A stretch of DNA of 64,000 nucleotides from an uncultured Verrucomicrobiae bacterium (GCA_963748055.1 CAVVII010000011.1:368915-432914), one strand, 5' to 3'. Counted from the stretch's first letter, positions 36,492 to 47,035 are shown. The notes: generated from the sequence alone by a model not told the origin. Program-made: numbers and translations.

Positions 36492-37898
36492 TCAATGTCC
36501 CGGGCGAGCAGCCGATGGACTCGTCCCGTCCTCTTGTCCAAAATTGAGTGCCGGCTGAGTCAAAGCCATCGTCTGCGGCGGCAACGTTTGGACGCTTACG
36601 CGCGTTCTGACCAAGTGAGTTGGATGTTTTTGCTGCACGTAGGTGATGAGAGCCTCACGAACATCGCACCGCAGGGTCCAGAGCTTGTCTGGATCGGCGG
36701 CACTGACCAAGGCACGGATCTGTATCGAAGTTTCTTTGGCGTCCGTGATTACCAGTGATTTTGTCCGTCTATCCCACGCAGGATGCGATTCAACACATCG
36801 AAAAAACTCCTCCCTGAGCTCGTTCACAGGCAAATGATAGTCGAAATAAAGGAATACTGTTCCGAGAAGTTCGGACGAGCGGCGCGTCCAGTTTTCGAAC
36901 GGTTTCTCCAGAAAATAGTTGATTGGAACGACAAGACGTCGCTGGTCCCACAAATGGACGACAACGTAGGCCAGCGTGATTTCCTCCACCCTGCCTAACT
37001 CACCCTCTATAGCCACCAGGTCATCCAACAGGATCGGTTGCGTTAACGCCAATTGAAACCCGGCGAAGAGATGGCCAAGCGAGCGCTGCACCACGACCCC
37101 GGCCAGCACGGTGATGAGGCCTGCCGATGCTAACAGGCTCGTGCCAAGGTGGCGCAAAGGCGCACAAAAGATCATTGCGGTCGCAACGGTGAGGAAAGCC
37201 AGAACAAACAGAATCGCCTTGCGCAGCGCCGAAACCTCCGTATAGAGCGCCCGGGATCGAACATCGACTCCTCCGCGAACCCGATGTGATTGAATGATCT
37301 TGTCTGCAGCCAAGCTCACCTGGCGGCACGCGAGGTAACCGGTTGCCAGGATCACCACCGCGTTGATGATGTCCCGCGAGTTGGCCGTGACAAAAGAGGG
37401 GAAACCGACTCGACTGAGCGCGAAAACCGTAGCGACCAGCGGGATTCCGACCTGTAGCGAGTCTGCGCATAGGACGGCGACGACGCTTTCCCAATGGGAA
37501 GAGTCGCCGGCCGCAAGTGCCCGCAGGCGCCGATTGGTGACGTAAATCAACCTTGCGACCAAGGAACTGAGCGCCAGGACAGTGATAACCTGCAGCGCTG
37601 ATGCCTGTCGAGCAGGTGTTGCCCAATGTGGTCCGAGGACTGGGGAGACTAGTGCATTGAAGTGCCAGGCCAGGAGGGTGTATAAGCCACATCCCCATAC
37701 CCAAAGGTCAAACCGGGTCAGCAACGAACGGATCACGGCAGTTTTCATTCTCCTGTCATTGACCAGCGAAAGACGATCGATGCGTAGTTTTTTTGCGAGC
37801 CGATTGACTCCAAACTGGAAAACTAGCAGGACTGAGAGGTGCAGGAGGCCGGCTGCAAACTGGCCTAGATTCAGTCCGCTAATGATCTCGGTTCGCAT
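36492..37898 (-). CDS. mechanosensitive ion channel family protein (MscS-like)
   Basis: 468 aa with multiple TMs, then the MscS core (..VVVQRSLGHLFAGFQLALTQPILLDDLVAIEGELGRVEEITL..LVVPINYF). Confidence 0.8.
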   Translation of the reverse strand: MRTEIISGLNLGQFAAGLLHLSVLLVFQFGVNRLAKKLRIDRLSLVNDRRMKTAVIRSLLTRFDLWVWGCGLYTLLAWHFNALVSPVLGPHWATPARQASALQVITVLALSSLVARLIYVTNRRLRALAAGDSSHWESVVAVLCADSLQVGIPLVATVFALSRVGFPSFVTANSRDIINAVVILATGYLACRQVSLAADKIIQSHRVRGGVDVRSRALYTEVSALRKAILFVLAFLTVATAMIFCAPLRHLGTSLLASAGLITVLAGVVVQRSLGHLFAGFQLALTQPILLDDLVAIEGELGRVEEITLAYVVVHLWDQRRLVVPINYFLEKPFENWTRRSSELLGTVFLYFDYHLPVNELREEFFRCVESHPAWDRRTKSLVITDAKETSIQIRALVSAADPDKLWTLRCDVREALITYVQQKHPTHLVRTRVSVQTLPPQTMALTQPALNFGQEDGTSPSAARPGH

Positions 37899-38063
37899 TG
37901 CTGCGAGTATATAGCCCGGTCAAGAAGCAAGCTCAACCCAATCACCCGCGCCGAAACCTGCGTCGGGCAGGAACATCAGGAGATTCGCCAATCTCGCGGT
38001 AGGCTATCCGCGCCGCCGCCATTTACGCTTGGTTTGCCTAACCGCTTGCCCTATCTCTGCTGG

Positions 38064-38621
38064 ATGATCAGGCAAGCAGTTTGTGGGGACGCTGTAAAAG
38101 CCGTCCCGTTGATCCTGCAGGCGATTGGTCACATCGCATTTGTTCTATCCGGAACAAGCGACGGCGAAGAAACGGCCTCGATATTATGCGACTTTTTTGG
38201 AAAGGATGAAAACCGCATCAGCTATCAAAACGCCCTGGTAATGGGAGAAGGAAGAGAGCTGTTTGGGGTCGTCATCCTTTATGATGGTGCCAAAGCGCGA
38301 GAACTGGATCTACCGCTCGAGAGCGCGGCGGCCAAGAAGTCGGGAGACTCCAACTACTGCATCCCCACCGAGGCTGAAGAGTCAGAGTTTTACCTGGACA
38401 CACTGAGCGTGAGTCCGGGCTGCCAGGGGAAAGGCTACGGCCGCAAATTGATCGAAGCTGGGTGTGACCGGGCCCGCAAGCTAGGACACATCCGGATGGC
38501 GCTTCTTGTCGAGGTGGACAATGCCGCGGCCAAACGGTTGTATGAACGAGCAGGTTTTTGTTCCGACTACACCAGGTGGATCGCGGGAAAAGAATACTTT
38601 CACATGATCCGGAATTTGTGA
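38064..38621 (+). CDS. GNAT family N-acetyltransferase
   Basis: Acetyl-CoA motif LSVSPGCQGKGYGRKLIE and ..AAKRLYERAGF. The ORF opens with TTG at 38034; the first ATG is 38064. Confidence 0.8.
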   Translation: MIRQAVCGDAVKAVPLILQAIGHIAFVLSGTSDGEETASILCDFFGKDENRISYQNALVMGEGRELFGVVILYDGAKARELDLPLESAAAKKSGDSNYCIPTEAEESEFYLDTLSVSPGCQGKGYGRKLIEAGCDRARKLGHIRMALLVEVDNAAAKRLYERAGFCSDYTRWIAGKEYFHMIRNL

Positions 38622-38713
38622 GTGTACAATCGACGGCCTTTAAGGGAAAAATTGGATAGGCGGATTAGCGACCTTTACGCAATGGCTTTCGTGCAAACTT
38701 TTTGTTTTACAGT

Positions 38714-39817
38714 ATGAAGGCGTTGCTAAAGCCCTCGCTCAATTGGCTGCTGGGCTTTGTCCCAATTGCTGTTGTACTGCGGGTCTGGCCGCAGTTCGGG
38801 AACGAGACCGCCTTGTTTATCTGCTCCTGTTTCGCGATCATTCCGCTCGCAGGCTGGATGGGCCGCGCAACCGAGGAACTCGCCGAACATCTGGGTCACG
38901 GAATTGGTGGATTGCTGAATGCGACTTTTGGTAACGCCGCTGAATTGATCATCGCTTTGATGGCGCTCTCGAAAGGGCTGACCGGCGTGGTAAAGGCATC
39001 CATCACAGGCTCGATAATCGGCAACGTCCTGCTCGTCATGGGGGCTTCGATTCTTGCCGGCGGCATGAGATTTCGAGAGCAACGCTTCAATAAAACCGCT
39101 GCGCGCACTTCGACGACTACGCTGACGCTCGCGGCGGTTGCACTGGCCATTCCCACATTGTTCCATGTCACGGCTGCCGGCGGGTGGAGCCAGACGACCG
39201 AGCATAAGCTTTCCTTTGCCATAGCAATCGTTCTTTTCGTGACTTACGCTTGCACGCTCGGCTTCGAGTTGATCACTCACAAACAACTTTACGCCGGAGA
39301 CTTGGAGGACGGTGGTGAAGATACGAAGGGAGCCCATGGCTGGTCGATCTCCAAATCGCTTCTGGTCCTGATCGTTGCTACTTCTCTGGTTGCCTTGATG
39401 TCCGAGTTTCTGGTTGGGGCGGTGGAAGCCGCTCGAACGACGCTGGGACTCACCGAAGTTTTTGTCGGTGTCATCGTGATCGCAGTGATCGGCAACGCGG
39501 CTGAGCACTCGACGGCGGTCTTGATGGCGATGAAAAACAAGATGGGCCTCAGTCTCGGCATCGCCGTGGGATCGAGTTTGCAGATCGCCCTCTTTGTCGC
39601 GCCTGTGCTCGTCTTTTTCTCGCATCTTTTCGGACGGCCGATGGATCTGGAGTTTACATTGCCCGAGGTCGTGGCCGTAATTGTCGCCGTGCATTTGATT
39701 TTTCAAATCAACGGCGACGGCGAAACGAATTGGCTTGAGGGCGTGCAGCTGTTGTCTGTCTATCTGATTCTCGGCATTCTGTTTTTCTACCTGCCGGAAA
39801 AACCGAACGAGGGCTGA
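38714..39817 (+). CDS. cax: Ca2+/H+ antiporter (CaCA/CAX family)
   Basis: Two alpha-repeat signatures [13 protein letters not shown] and [13 protein letters not shown], about 11 TMs, and an acidic central loop. Confidence 0.85.
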   Translation: MKALLKPSLNWLLGFVPIAVVLRVWPQFGNETALFICSCFAIIPLAGWMGRATEELAEHLGHGIGGLLNATFGNAAELIIALMALSKGLTGVVKASITGSIIGNVLLVMGASILAGGMRFREQRFNKTAARTSTTTLTLAAVALAIPTLFHVTAAGGWSQTTEHKLSFAIAIVLFVTYACTLGFELITHKQLYAGDLEDGGEDTKGAHGWSISKSLLVLIVATSLVALMSEFLVGAVEAARTTLGLTEVFVGVIVIAVIGNAAEHSTAVLMAMKNKMGLSLGIAVGSSLQIALFVAPVLVFFSHLFGRPMDLEFTLPEVVAVIVAVHLIFQINGDGETNWLEGVQLLSVYLILGILFFYLPEKPNEG

Positions 39818-39893
39818 GCGCCAGCACTAGCGTCCAAGAAGCGTTCCAAAGGAGAGCTGACGCTGTTCGTCACGCGCGTCCCGAACATTGAAC

Positions 39894-40748
39894 CTAACCG
39901 AACCGGCCTGAGATATAGTCGTCCGTCTGTTTTTGACCTGGGTTACCGAATATTTTCTCCGTTCGATCTATCTCGATCAACTTGCCTAGATAAAAGAACG
40001 CCGTAAAGTCGGAGCAACGGGTCGCCTGCTGCATATTGTGGGTCACAATGACGATCGTAAATCGGGTCTTAAGTGAAACAACAAGCTCTTCGATTTTTGC
40101 CGTCGCGATCGGGTCAAGCGCAGAGCAAGTCTCGTCCATCAAGATGATTTCGGGCTCCCCTGCGATAGTGCGGGCGATACATAGACGTTGTTGTTGACCT
40201 CCAGAAAGGCCGAGCGCGCTCTTGTGCAGCCGATCTTTGACTTCGTCCCAGAGCGCCGCTGCTGTCAGGCTGGCTTCTACGGCTTCATCAATGGTGCGCT
40301 TGTCACGAACCCCTGCGATCCGAAGTCCGTAAGCGATGTTCTCGTAAATCGATTTCGGAAATGGATTCGATTTTTGGAAAACCATTCCGACTCGTTTACG
40401 CAACTCGGTCACATCCACGTCCGGCGAGTTTATATTCACGCCATCAATCCGGATCTCGCCCGCCGTAACTTTCGCGTGGTCGACCAAGTCGTTCATTCGA
40501 TTAAAGCAACGCAGCAGCGTCGACTTTCCACAGCCGGAAGGTCCTATGAACGCTGTTACCTTCTTTTCCGGGATCTGGAGGTTAATGCTGTGTAATGCCC
40601 TGGAGGCACGATAGTAAAAGTCAACTCGGTCGACCTCCACGATAGTCCGTACATTCCCGACCGATGGGTCCGAGGTTTCGCTTGCGCGTGAACGTTTGGA
40701 GAAAAAGCTTTTAGTCGTGAAGCTTCGGGCAATTCTGGTTTCTCCCAT
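39894..40748 (-). CDS. pstB: phosphate ABC transporter ATP-binding protein PstB
   Basis: FYY..ALHSINL.I....[38 protein letters not shown], and C-terminal DYISGRFG are all PstB-typical. No pstS, pstC or intact pstA is adjacent. Confidence 0.9.
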   Translation of the reverse strand: MGETRIARSFTTKSFFSKRSRASETSDPSVGNVRTIVEVDRVDFYYRASRALHSINLQIPEKKVTAFIGPSGCGKSTLLRCFNRMNDLVDHAKVTAGEIRIDGVNINSPDVDVTELRKRVGMVFQKSNPFPKSIYENIAYGLRIAGVRDKRTIDEAVEASLTAAALWDEVKDRLHKSALGLSGGQQQRLCIARTIAGEPEIILMDETCSALDPIATAKIEELVVSLKTRFTIVIVTHNMQQATRCSDFTAFFYLGKLIEIDRTEKIFGNPGQKQTDDYISGRFG

Positions 40749-41072
40749 AGCATCAATCGGGGGTTGCGCCGCCGGTGTCGACTTCCCGGAGAACTGCGAC
40801 CCGGGTCACTGGTCCAATGGAAACAAGAAAACACCTGATGAGCAGGATCGCTAAAGCGTAAATGTTACAATATTGAAACAATCCAGCAATACCAGCACCT
40901 ACCATTGCATTGAATCTTCTATGGACGTGCCACGCCAGACGCGCCGGAACGCATATACGACCAGCGGCGCTGCACCTGTGTACGAGCAACGAGTTCAACG
41001 AAAAAATCGACGATGGGGTGACCCGTCGGCAAGCGACTTATCGTCTGGGTCGACCACGGAGGAAGCTCATGT

Positions 41073-41408
41073 TTAATCGGGATCGAGACGGGTCCCACGT
41101 TGCTTAGGCGTCGACAACAGAGAGACGAATGGGGAATTCTGGCGGAGGCGGACCGATTGTTCACTGGAATCCTCTAGTAGTCTAATCACTTGCAGAGGGG
41201 ACCACAGAGTGAGGATAATATACCATTCCCATTCATCGGCGCCCACTGCGGATCTTGCTGTGGCCAGCTTCGATCTCAGTTGCTCAGCCAGGCCGCGGAC
41301 GAGTCCTGGTTCCTTCCTGAGAACTAAGGCGATCCTTCGATGCAGATCCACCCTGTAAGAATTGACGTTCTCGTGATTCATAAAATTCTCCTGTGGTCCG
41401 ACAATCAT
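41073..41408 (-). CDS. hypothetical protein (..EWEWYIIL..SVRLRQNSPF.. motif)
   Basis: 111-aa ORF. The EW..IL..S..RLRQ.SPF pattern weakly recalls small conserved proteins of unknown function. No partner gene nearby. Confidence 0.35.
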   Translation of the reverse strand: MIVGPQENFMNHENVNSYRVDLHRRIALVLRKEPGLVRGLAEQLRSKLATARSAVGADEWEWYIILTLWSPLQVIRLLEDSSEQSVRLRQNSPFVSLLSTPKQRGTRLDPD

Positions 41409-41520
41409 CTTCCCGCCGGCTAATCGAAAGTTACAATTCCGCCATACTTGTTAGAAGAGCCAGGCGCGCTGTCATGGGATGAAACTCCCTTGGGCCGCTT
41501 TATCGGCGAAACCGGTGGAA

Positions 41521-41538
41521 CTTTCGTTCCATTTACGA
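41521..41538. repeat. 18-nt exact copy of CTTTCGTTCCATTTACGA
   Basis: Identical to 5974-5991, one arm of the 5922-5990 inverted repeat. It lies 154 nt upstream of hcp. Confidence 0.7.
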
Positions 41539-41691
41539 CCATCGATGAATCATCTACGGGTACGGCCGTGCAAATGAATCTAGGTTCGTAAATAGGGTTG
41601 GCACGCAGCGCGTATCGGTACGGAGGGATCGCCCGTCGCTGCCGCCGCTCCTGAGCGGCCCTGAAACAAACCGAAAGGATAAAAAAATATT

Positions 41692-42171
41692 ATGGCAGTA
41701 GACATGTTTATTAAGATCGACACGGTCGATGGCGAGGCACAGGATTCCAAACACAAAAAAGAGATTGATGTCCTCTCTTGGACGTGGGGTATGAGTAACA
41801 GTGGTTCGGCTCATGTCGGCAGTGGCGCCGGAGCCGGGAAGGTCAATGTTCAGGATCTCACTTTCACCAAATGGGTGGATAGCTCGACGCCGAAGTTGGC
41901 CTTGGCATGCTGCTCTGGCAAGCATTTCAAGGACGCGGTTTTGGTGGTGCGGAAAGCCGGCGAAAAGCCGGTTGAGTACCTGAAGATTAAATTGGACGAA
42001 GTTCTGGTCGCTTCCGTTTCAACGGGAGGCTCTGGTGGCGAGGATCGACTAACAGAAAATGTGACACTCAACTTTTCCAAGGTAAGTCTGGACTACGTTC
42101 CGCAAGACGACAAAGGCGCACCCGGGACGGCGATACCGATGACCTGGGACATCGCCGCGAATGCTAACTAA
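41692..42171 (+). CDS. hcp: type VI secretion tube protein Hcp (TssD), orphan
   Basis: 159 aa. MAVDMFIKIDTVDGEAQDSKHKKEIDVLSWTWGMSNSGS..GKVNVQDLTFTKWVDSSTPKLALACCSGKHF..VRKAGEKPVEYLKIKL..GGSGGEDRLTENVTLNF are classic Hcp1-family blocks. No other T6SS core gene is in the window. Confidence 0.9.
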   Translation: MAVDMFIKIDTVDGEAQDSKHKKEIDVLSWTWGMSNSGSAHVGSGAGAGKVNVQDLTFTKWVDSSTPKLALACCSGKHFKDAVLVVRKAGEKPVEYLKIKLDEVLVASVSTGGSGGEDRLTENVTLNFSKVSLDYVPQDDKGAPGTAIPMTWDIAANAN

Positions 42172-42427
42172 TAGTAGTTTGCGGGCCGATCCGTTAGTCG
42201 ATCTAGAAAAGTCCTTAATCACTCCAACTGAGACGGATCTGCGGAACGCGATTCAGAGCAGAACGAGCGGCGATGCTGGCCCTGGGCAGCCGCTCAGGGA
42301 AGTTAATGTGTTTGGCCCTGAAGGGGGCGAGAGAATCTCATATGCGATTTATTCGCGCCTTTACGAAGCGCGCGAAATATCCAAACTGCGGGTTGCAAGC
42401 TTTTTGACTCGGAGCAGGAGGGCTTGA
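42161..42427 (+). CDS. small ORF overlapping the hcp stop (doubtful)
   Basis: 88 aa with an 11-nt overlap with hcp. No homology or motif recognised. It may simply be the hcp-kinase intergenic region. Confidence 0.25.
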   Translation: MLTNSSLRADPLVDLEKSLITPTETDLRNAIQSRTSGDAGPGQPLREVNVFGPEGGERISYAIYSRLYEAREISKLRVASFLTRSRRA

Positions 42428-42443
42428 CTGGATCGCTGTTAAT

Positions 42444-45400
42444 GTGTCTAAGGTCGGCCGTAGTGTTTGGACATTACGTAGACAATATTCCCAGTTGCCA
42501 AGAGTGAAAAAGCGCGGCGCAGACATTCAAAAGAAAAGGGACGCGCTAATCGCTGAGACGAGCGAACGCGAACGGGCAGAAGAGGCGCTTCGCGCGAGCG
42601 AACAGCGATTGCAAGATATTCTGGATAACACGACGGCCGTCGTGTTCGTGAAGGATCTTGAGCTTCGTTACATTTTAGTGAACCGCGAATATGAACGGCG
42701 CCATCAGGTGCAGCGTGACGAAATCCGGGGCAAAACCGACTTTGACATTCTTCCTCATGACGTAGCAGAAACAGTGCGGGCGAACGACCGCCACGTGATC
42801 GAAGCGGATGTGCCCATCCAATTTGAGGAAACCGTACCGACGGAGGGTGGCGAGCGACAATTCGTCGTCGTAAAGTTTTTGCTGCGGGACCGCGCGGTGA
42901 AGCCGTATGCGGTTTGCGGCATCGCGACGGACATCACGGAATTAAAACGGGCTGAAGAACTACAGGCCAGGCGAGCGCGTCAAGCGGCGCTGCGCGCGGA
43001 TATTCATGCCGCGTTCTCCGTTCGGTCCGAAAATGCTTTGCAAACAATCCTCCAGTGCAGCGCTGAGGCCGTGGTGCGTCACCTCGACGGGACTTTTGCA
43101 CGTATCTGGACGCTGAACGACCGACAGAACATATTGGAGTTGCAAGCCAGCGCAGGCCTGTACACCCGCTTGGATGGCGAACATGCCCGGGTGCCCGTTG
43201 GGAAACTCAAAATTGGCCTCATCGCAGAGCAGCGCAAACCTCACCTGACAAACGATGTACCAAACGATGCTCAAATAAGTCATCCCGAATGGGCTAGAGA
43301 GGAGCGAATAACCTCTTTTGTCGGTTACCCGCTTCTGGTCGAGGGACGTCTGGTCGGTGTTTTGGCGATGTTTGCACGTAAGTTTCTGGGGCAGGACACT
43401 CTCGAGGCCCTCGAGGTGGTGGCTGACGGAATCGCGCAAGGTATCGAGCGGAAGCGGGCGGAAGACAAACTCGCCCGACTGAACCGCACGCTTCAGACTC
43501 TCTACCAGTGCAACCAGGCCCTGGTCCGTGCGACTGAGGAGTACGAGTTGTTGCAGTCTGTGTGCCGAATCCTGGTCGAGGTTGGCGGTCTTCGGATGGC
43601 ATGGGTCGGCTACCGCGAATTCGACGAAGACAAAACGGTTAAGCCGGTTGCCCAGGCTGGCTACGAGGCCGGGTATCTGAGACAAATCAGCATTACCTGG
43701 GGTGATACCGACAGCGGTCGCGGACCCATGGGCACAGCCATCCGGACCGGTACCACGCGCTGGAACAGGGACATCCTGACTGACCCAAATATGATTCCTT
43801 GGCGGGCCGAAGCGCTAAGGCGCCGCTACGCGTCCTTAATTTCCCTTCCCCTGATATCTCATGGCGAAGCTTTCGGCGCGCTTGCCCTCTACGCCGAAGA
43901 GCCCGATGCCTTCACGGAAAGTGCGATCGAGCAGTATTCGGATTTGGCGAATAACCTGGCCTATGGAGTGACCGCTCTCCGGACGCGCGAGGAGCGCAAG
44001 CGGGCCGAGAGCGAAATTCGTCAGCTCAACGCTTCGCTCGAGAAACGAGTGGCCGAGCGCACAATCGAACTCGTGCGGTCGAACGACCAGCTGAAACGCG
44101 CCGAAGAACAATTGCGCAAGCACGGCGAGCAGGTGGAGATACACCGTGACGTGCTCCTTGAATTGGCCCGCTCCGACAAATCGGACCTCGAGAAAGCAGT
44201 TCGGAAGATTTGTTCTCGATCGGCCGCAACGCTGGACGTAGCGCGCGTTAGCTACTGGTCTTTGCAGGAAAATAATTCTGCCATTGTTTGCGAAGTCCTC
44301 TATCTCCGCGATGAGGAAAGCTGTGATGAGCACTTCAAAGGCGCCTGCCTAAGCTTTTCTGATTGTCCCGCTTATTTCGGTGCATTGGCCACCAAGCGGC
44401 CGATCGTTGCGAGCCGCGTATTGGTGCATCCCGCCTCGTGCGGGCTGGCGGAGAATTACCTCGAGCCGTTCGGCATTACCTCCATGCTCGACGCGCCCGT
44501 TTGGGTCTCCGGCAAGGTCGTAGGCGTTCTTTGCCACGAGCATACCGGCCCGGCTCGTGACTGGTCAGCGGAGGAAATCGACTTTGTTTCAGCGCTCGCG
44601 TCGATGGTTTCTCTGGCATTGGAAGAATCAAGTCGTGCCCATTCGGAACACTTGCTGCGAGAGAGTGAAGAACGCTTCAGTAAGGCGTTTCGCGCCAGCC
44701 CGGTGAACATTACGATCTTGCGGTTGAGTGATAAAAAGTTCATCGAGGCGAACGATGCTTTTGTCCGGTGGTTCGGCCTGCGCGGTGACGAGATTCCCGG
44801 GCGCGACTCGAAGGAGTTGGGCATTTGGGTGAATCTCGATGACCGCGCGAAGTTTCTATCGGATCTCGAGCGCAACGGATCACTGCGAGAGGTCGAGTGC
44901 CAGCTTCGAACCCGGCGAGGTACCGTTCACACGATCGTGCAATCGGCCGACGTTATCGAAATCAATCGAGAGCCGCACATGCTGGTTATCGGTCTCGACA
45001 TTACGGAGCGCAAGCGGGCCGAGACCGAGTTGCTAAGAACGCTTGCCCGCGAGAAGGAACTTGGGCAGTTGCGAAGCAATTTCGTGTCGATGGTATCGCA
45101 CGAATTTCGTACGCCGCTGGGCATCATCCAGTCATCCGCCGAAATTCTGGAGGACTACCTCGACCGGTTGGAGCCCGGAGAGCGCAAAGAGCATCTCCAA
45201 TCCATCCGGAAAAACACGCGACGCATGGCCCGGTTGATGGAGGAGGCGTTGCTTATCGGAAGTCTCGATGCCGGCAAGATGGAATTTAAGGTAGCGTCGT
45301 TAGAACTGGGGGCATTCGTCCGCGGTCTCGTGGATGAAGTGCTGTCGGCAACGGGCCGGCGATGTCCGATTGAAATGTCATTTGCCGAAATTCCTCTCGA

Positions 45401-45767
45401 GATTCAGGCCGATAAGCGACTGTTGCGGCACATCTTCACCAATTTGCTAACGAACGCTGTGAAGTATTCGGACCTCGGCCGGGCGGTCCGTTTCGAAATG
45501 AGGTGCGAGGCAGCAGAGATTGTTTGCGCGATTCGCGACGAAGGGATCGGAATTCCAGAAGCCGATCGAAAGTGGCTCTTTAACGCCTTCCATCGCGGAC
45601 ATAACGTCAGTGACCGTCCGGGAACGGGGCTCGGTCTGGTAATTGTAAAGCGCTGTCTCGATTTGCACGGCGGCAGCATTGAGGTGGAGAGCAAATTGGG
45701 TGAAGGCACCGCGGTGACTGTCAGACTGCCAACGCTCAATCCTCCGTTCTCGTCTGAACGTCTTTGA
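42444..45767 (+). CDS. soluble PAS/GAF multi-domain sensor histidine kinase (paralog of 2625-5642)
   Basis: 1107 aa with no TM. PAS (..CGIATDITELK), GAF-like blocks (..VGVLAMFARKF.., ..FGALALYAEE.., ..VGVLCHEH..), PAS (..GLDITERK), H-box SHEFRTPL, and NLLTNAVKYS/DEGIGI/GTGLGL. Confidence 0.9.
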   Translation: MSKVGRSVWTLRRQYSQLPRVKKRGADIQKKRDALIAETSERERAEEALRASEQRLQDILDNTTAVVFVKDLELRYILVNREYERRHQVQRDEIRGKTDFDILPHDVAETVRANDRHVIEADVPIQFEETVPTEGGERQFVVVKFLLRDRAVKPYAVCGIATDITELKRAEELQARRARQAALRADIHAAFSVRSENALQTILQCSAEAVVRHLDGTFARIWTLNDRQNILELQASAGLYTRLDGEHARVPVGKLKIGLIAEQRKPHLTNDVPNDAQISHPEWAREERITSFVGYPLLVEGRLVGVLAMFARKFLGQDTLEALEVVADGIAQGIERKRAEDKLARLNRTLQTLYQCNQALVRATEEYELLQSVCRILVEVGGLRMAWVGYREFDEDKTVKPVAQAGYEAGYLRQISITWGDTDSGRGPMGTAIRTGTTRWNRDILTDPNMIPWRAEALRRRYASLISLPLISHGEAFGALALYAEEPDAFTESAIEQYSDLANNLAYGVTALRTREERKRAESEIRQLNASLEKRVAERTIELVRSNDQLKRAEEQLRKHGEQVEIHRDVLLELARSDKSDLEKAVRKICSRSAATLDVARVSYWSLQENNSAIVCEVLYLRDEESCDEHFKGACLSFSDCPAYFGALATKRPIVASRVLVHPASCGLAENYLEPFGITSMLDAPVWVSGKVVGVLCHEHTGPARDWSAEEIDFVSALASMVSLALEESSRAHSEHLLRESEERFSKAFRASPVNITILRLSDKKFIEANDAFVRWFGLRGDEIPGRDSKELGIWVNLDDRAKFLSDLERNGSLREVECQLRTRRGTVHTIVQSADVIEINREPHMLVIGLDITERKRAETELLRTLAREKELGQLRSNFVSMVSHEFRTPLGIIQSSAEILEDYLDRLEPGERKEHLQSIRKNTRRMARLMEEALLIGSLDAGKMEFKVASLELGAFVRGLVDEVLSATGRRCPIEMSFAEIPLEIQADKRLLRHIFTNLLTNAVKYSDLGRAVRFEMRCEAAEIVCAIRDEGIGIPEADRKWLFNAFHRGHNVSDRPGTGLGLVIVKRCLDLHGGSIEVESKLGEGTAVTVRLPTLNPPFSSERL

Positions 45768-45775
45768 ACGAGTTT

Positions 45776-46411
45776 ATGAAAAAAATCTTGGTTATCGAAG
45801 ACGAACCGGAGATGCGTCGCAACCTGGTGACCGTCCTTCGGTTGGAGAATTTTCACCCGCTGCCCGCCGAAAACGGACGGATCGGAGTGGACTTGGCGAA
45901 GAAGGAAAAGCCTAACCTCATTCTTTGCGACGTGATGATGCCCGAACTGGACGGTTACGGCGTGATCGCTTCGCTTCGCGCCGACGCAGAGACCGCCGCC
46001 ATCCCGTTCATCTTTCTCACGGCCAAAAGCGAAACTCGCGACGTTCGTGCCGGAATGAACCTTGGTGCGGATGATTACCTTATCAAACCGGTTGCCAAGC
46101 CTGAATTGTTGGCCGCGATCCATTCGCGTCTCGAACGTTCTCTCCAGCAGACAGTACCGGAATTCAAACCTAACTTCCATTCTGCAAAACCGTTGGAGGA
46201 AGTCCTTGGCTTAACCCCGCGTGCTGCCGAAACGCTGCTCTGGCTTGCTCAAGGTAAAACAAACGGTGAGATCGCAGCCATTCTCCGCAACAGTGAATCC
46301 ACAGTAAAAAAATACGTCCTCGAGATTTTTGGCAAGCTCGAGGTCGAAACCCGAACCGCAGCCTCTGTGCGCGCGCTGGCAGTGCTCAGTTCGCCCGCAG
46401 CATACGAATAG
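45776..46411 (+). CDS. response regulator, REC plus LuxR-type HTH (paralog of 1993-2628)
   Basis: MKKILVIEDEPEMRRNL.. The same architecture and linker (QQTVPEFKPNF.SAKPLE) as the left-hand copy. Confidence 0.9.
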   Translation: MKKILVIEDEPEMRRNLVTVLRLENFHPLPAENGRIGVDLAKKEKPNLILCDVMMPELDGYGVIASLRADAETAAIPFIFLTAKSETRDVRAGMNLGADDYLIKPVAKPELLAAIHSRLERSLQQTVPEFKPNFHSAKPLEEVLGLTPRAAETLLWLAQGKTNGEIAAILRNSESTVKKYVLEIFGKLEVETRTAASVRALAVLSSPAAYE

Positions 46412-46538
46412 CCTCTCACACCAGCGGGCCGGGACCGAATGTCCCGGCAAGAAATGCACTCAGTGGCGGTCGGGGCACCCATGTGGCGGTCCATTTCGAG
46501 GTTGCGCCAACCCGGGAAATCACTCATAAGACGGGCAA

Positions 46539-46835
46539 ATGTTTTCGCACGTTGTGATTTTTTGGACGGACCCGGCCAATCCGAGCGCTACCGATGAAGT
46601 GGTCGCTAACGCAAAAAAATACCTCCCCTCGATTCCCGGCATTCTGAACTTCCACGTGGGCAAAATGGTGCGTAGCCATCGCAGTGTCGTCGATCAAAGT
46701 TACCAGGTTGGACTGAACATCCATTTTGATACGAAGCGGGCGCAGGACGATTATCAAGATCATCCCCAGCATTTGGAATTCGTTGAAAAGAGCAAGGCGC
46801 TTTGGACGAAGGTAGTTGTGTACGATTTCGAGTGA
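46539..46835 (+). CDS. Dabb (stress-responsive alpha/beta barrel) family protein
   Basis: 98 aa. FSHVVIFW..IPGILNFHVGK..Y..HP.HLEFV is the typical Dabb pattern. Confidence 0.75.
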   Translation: MFSHVVIFWTDPANPSATDEVVANAKKYLPSIPGILNFHVGKMVRSHRSVVDQSYQVGLNIHFDTKRAQDDYQDHPQHLEFVEKSKALWTKVVVYDFE

Positions 46836-47035
46836 TTTAGGAACGATTGCCCGGAACGAGACTGAATTGGCGGACAGGGCGCGATGATAGCGTCTCCCTT
46901 CGATCGGACCGTGCGCCCTCGGTACGCCTTTACGTCGACACGTTTCCGCGGCGCTGGGTCTTTAGTCCCATTGCCCGTTTGCCACGCCGTGCGAATCTCC
47001 TGCGCCTGATCAAGAAGCACCCAGGAGCCTCGATT

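Noticed and set aside
1993-46411. Invertible 40-kb segment driven by recombination between the inverted kinase/regulator paralogs.
   Set aside because: By eye the nucleotide similarity of the paralogs is only moderate, with frequent mismatches every few bases. This is too diverged for efficient homologous recombination, and nothing in the sequence indicates site-specific recombinase sites.
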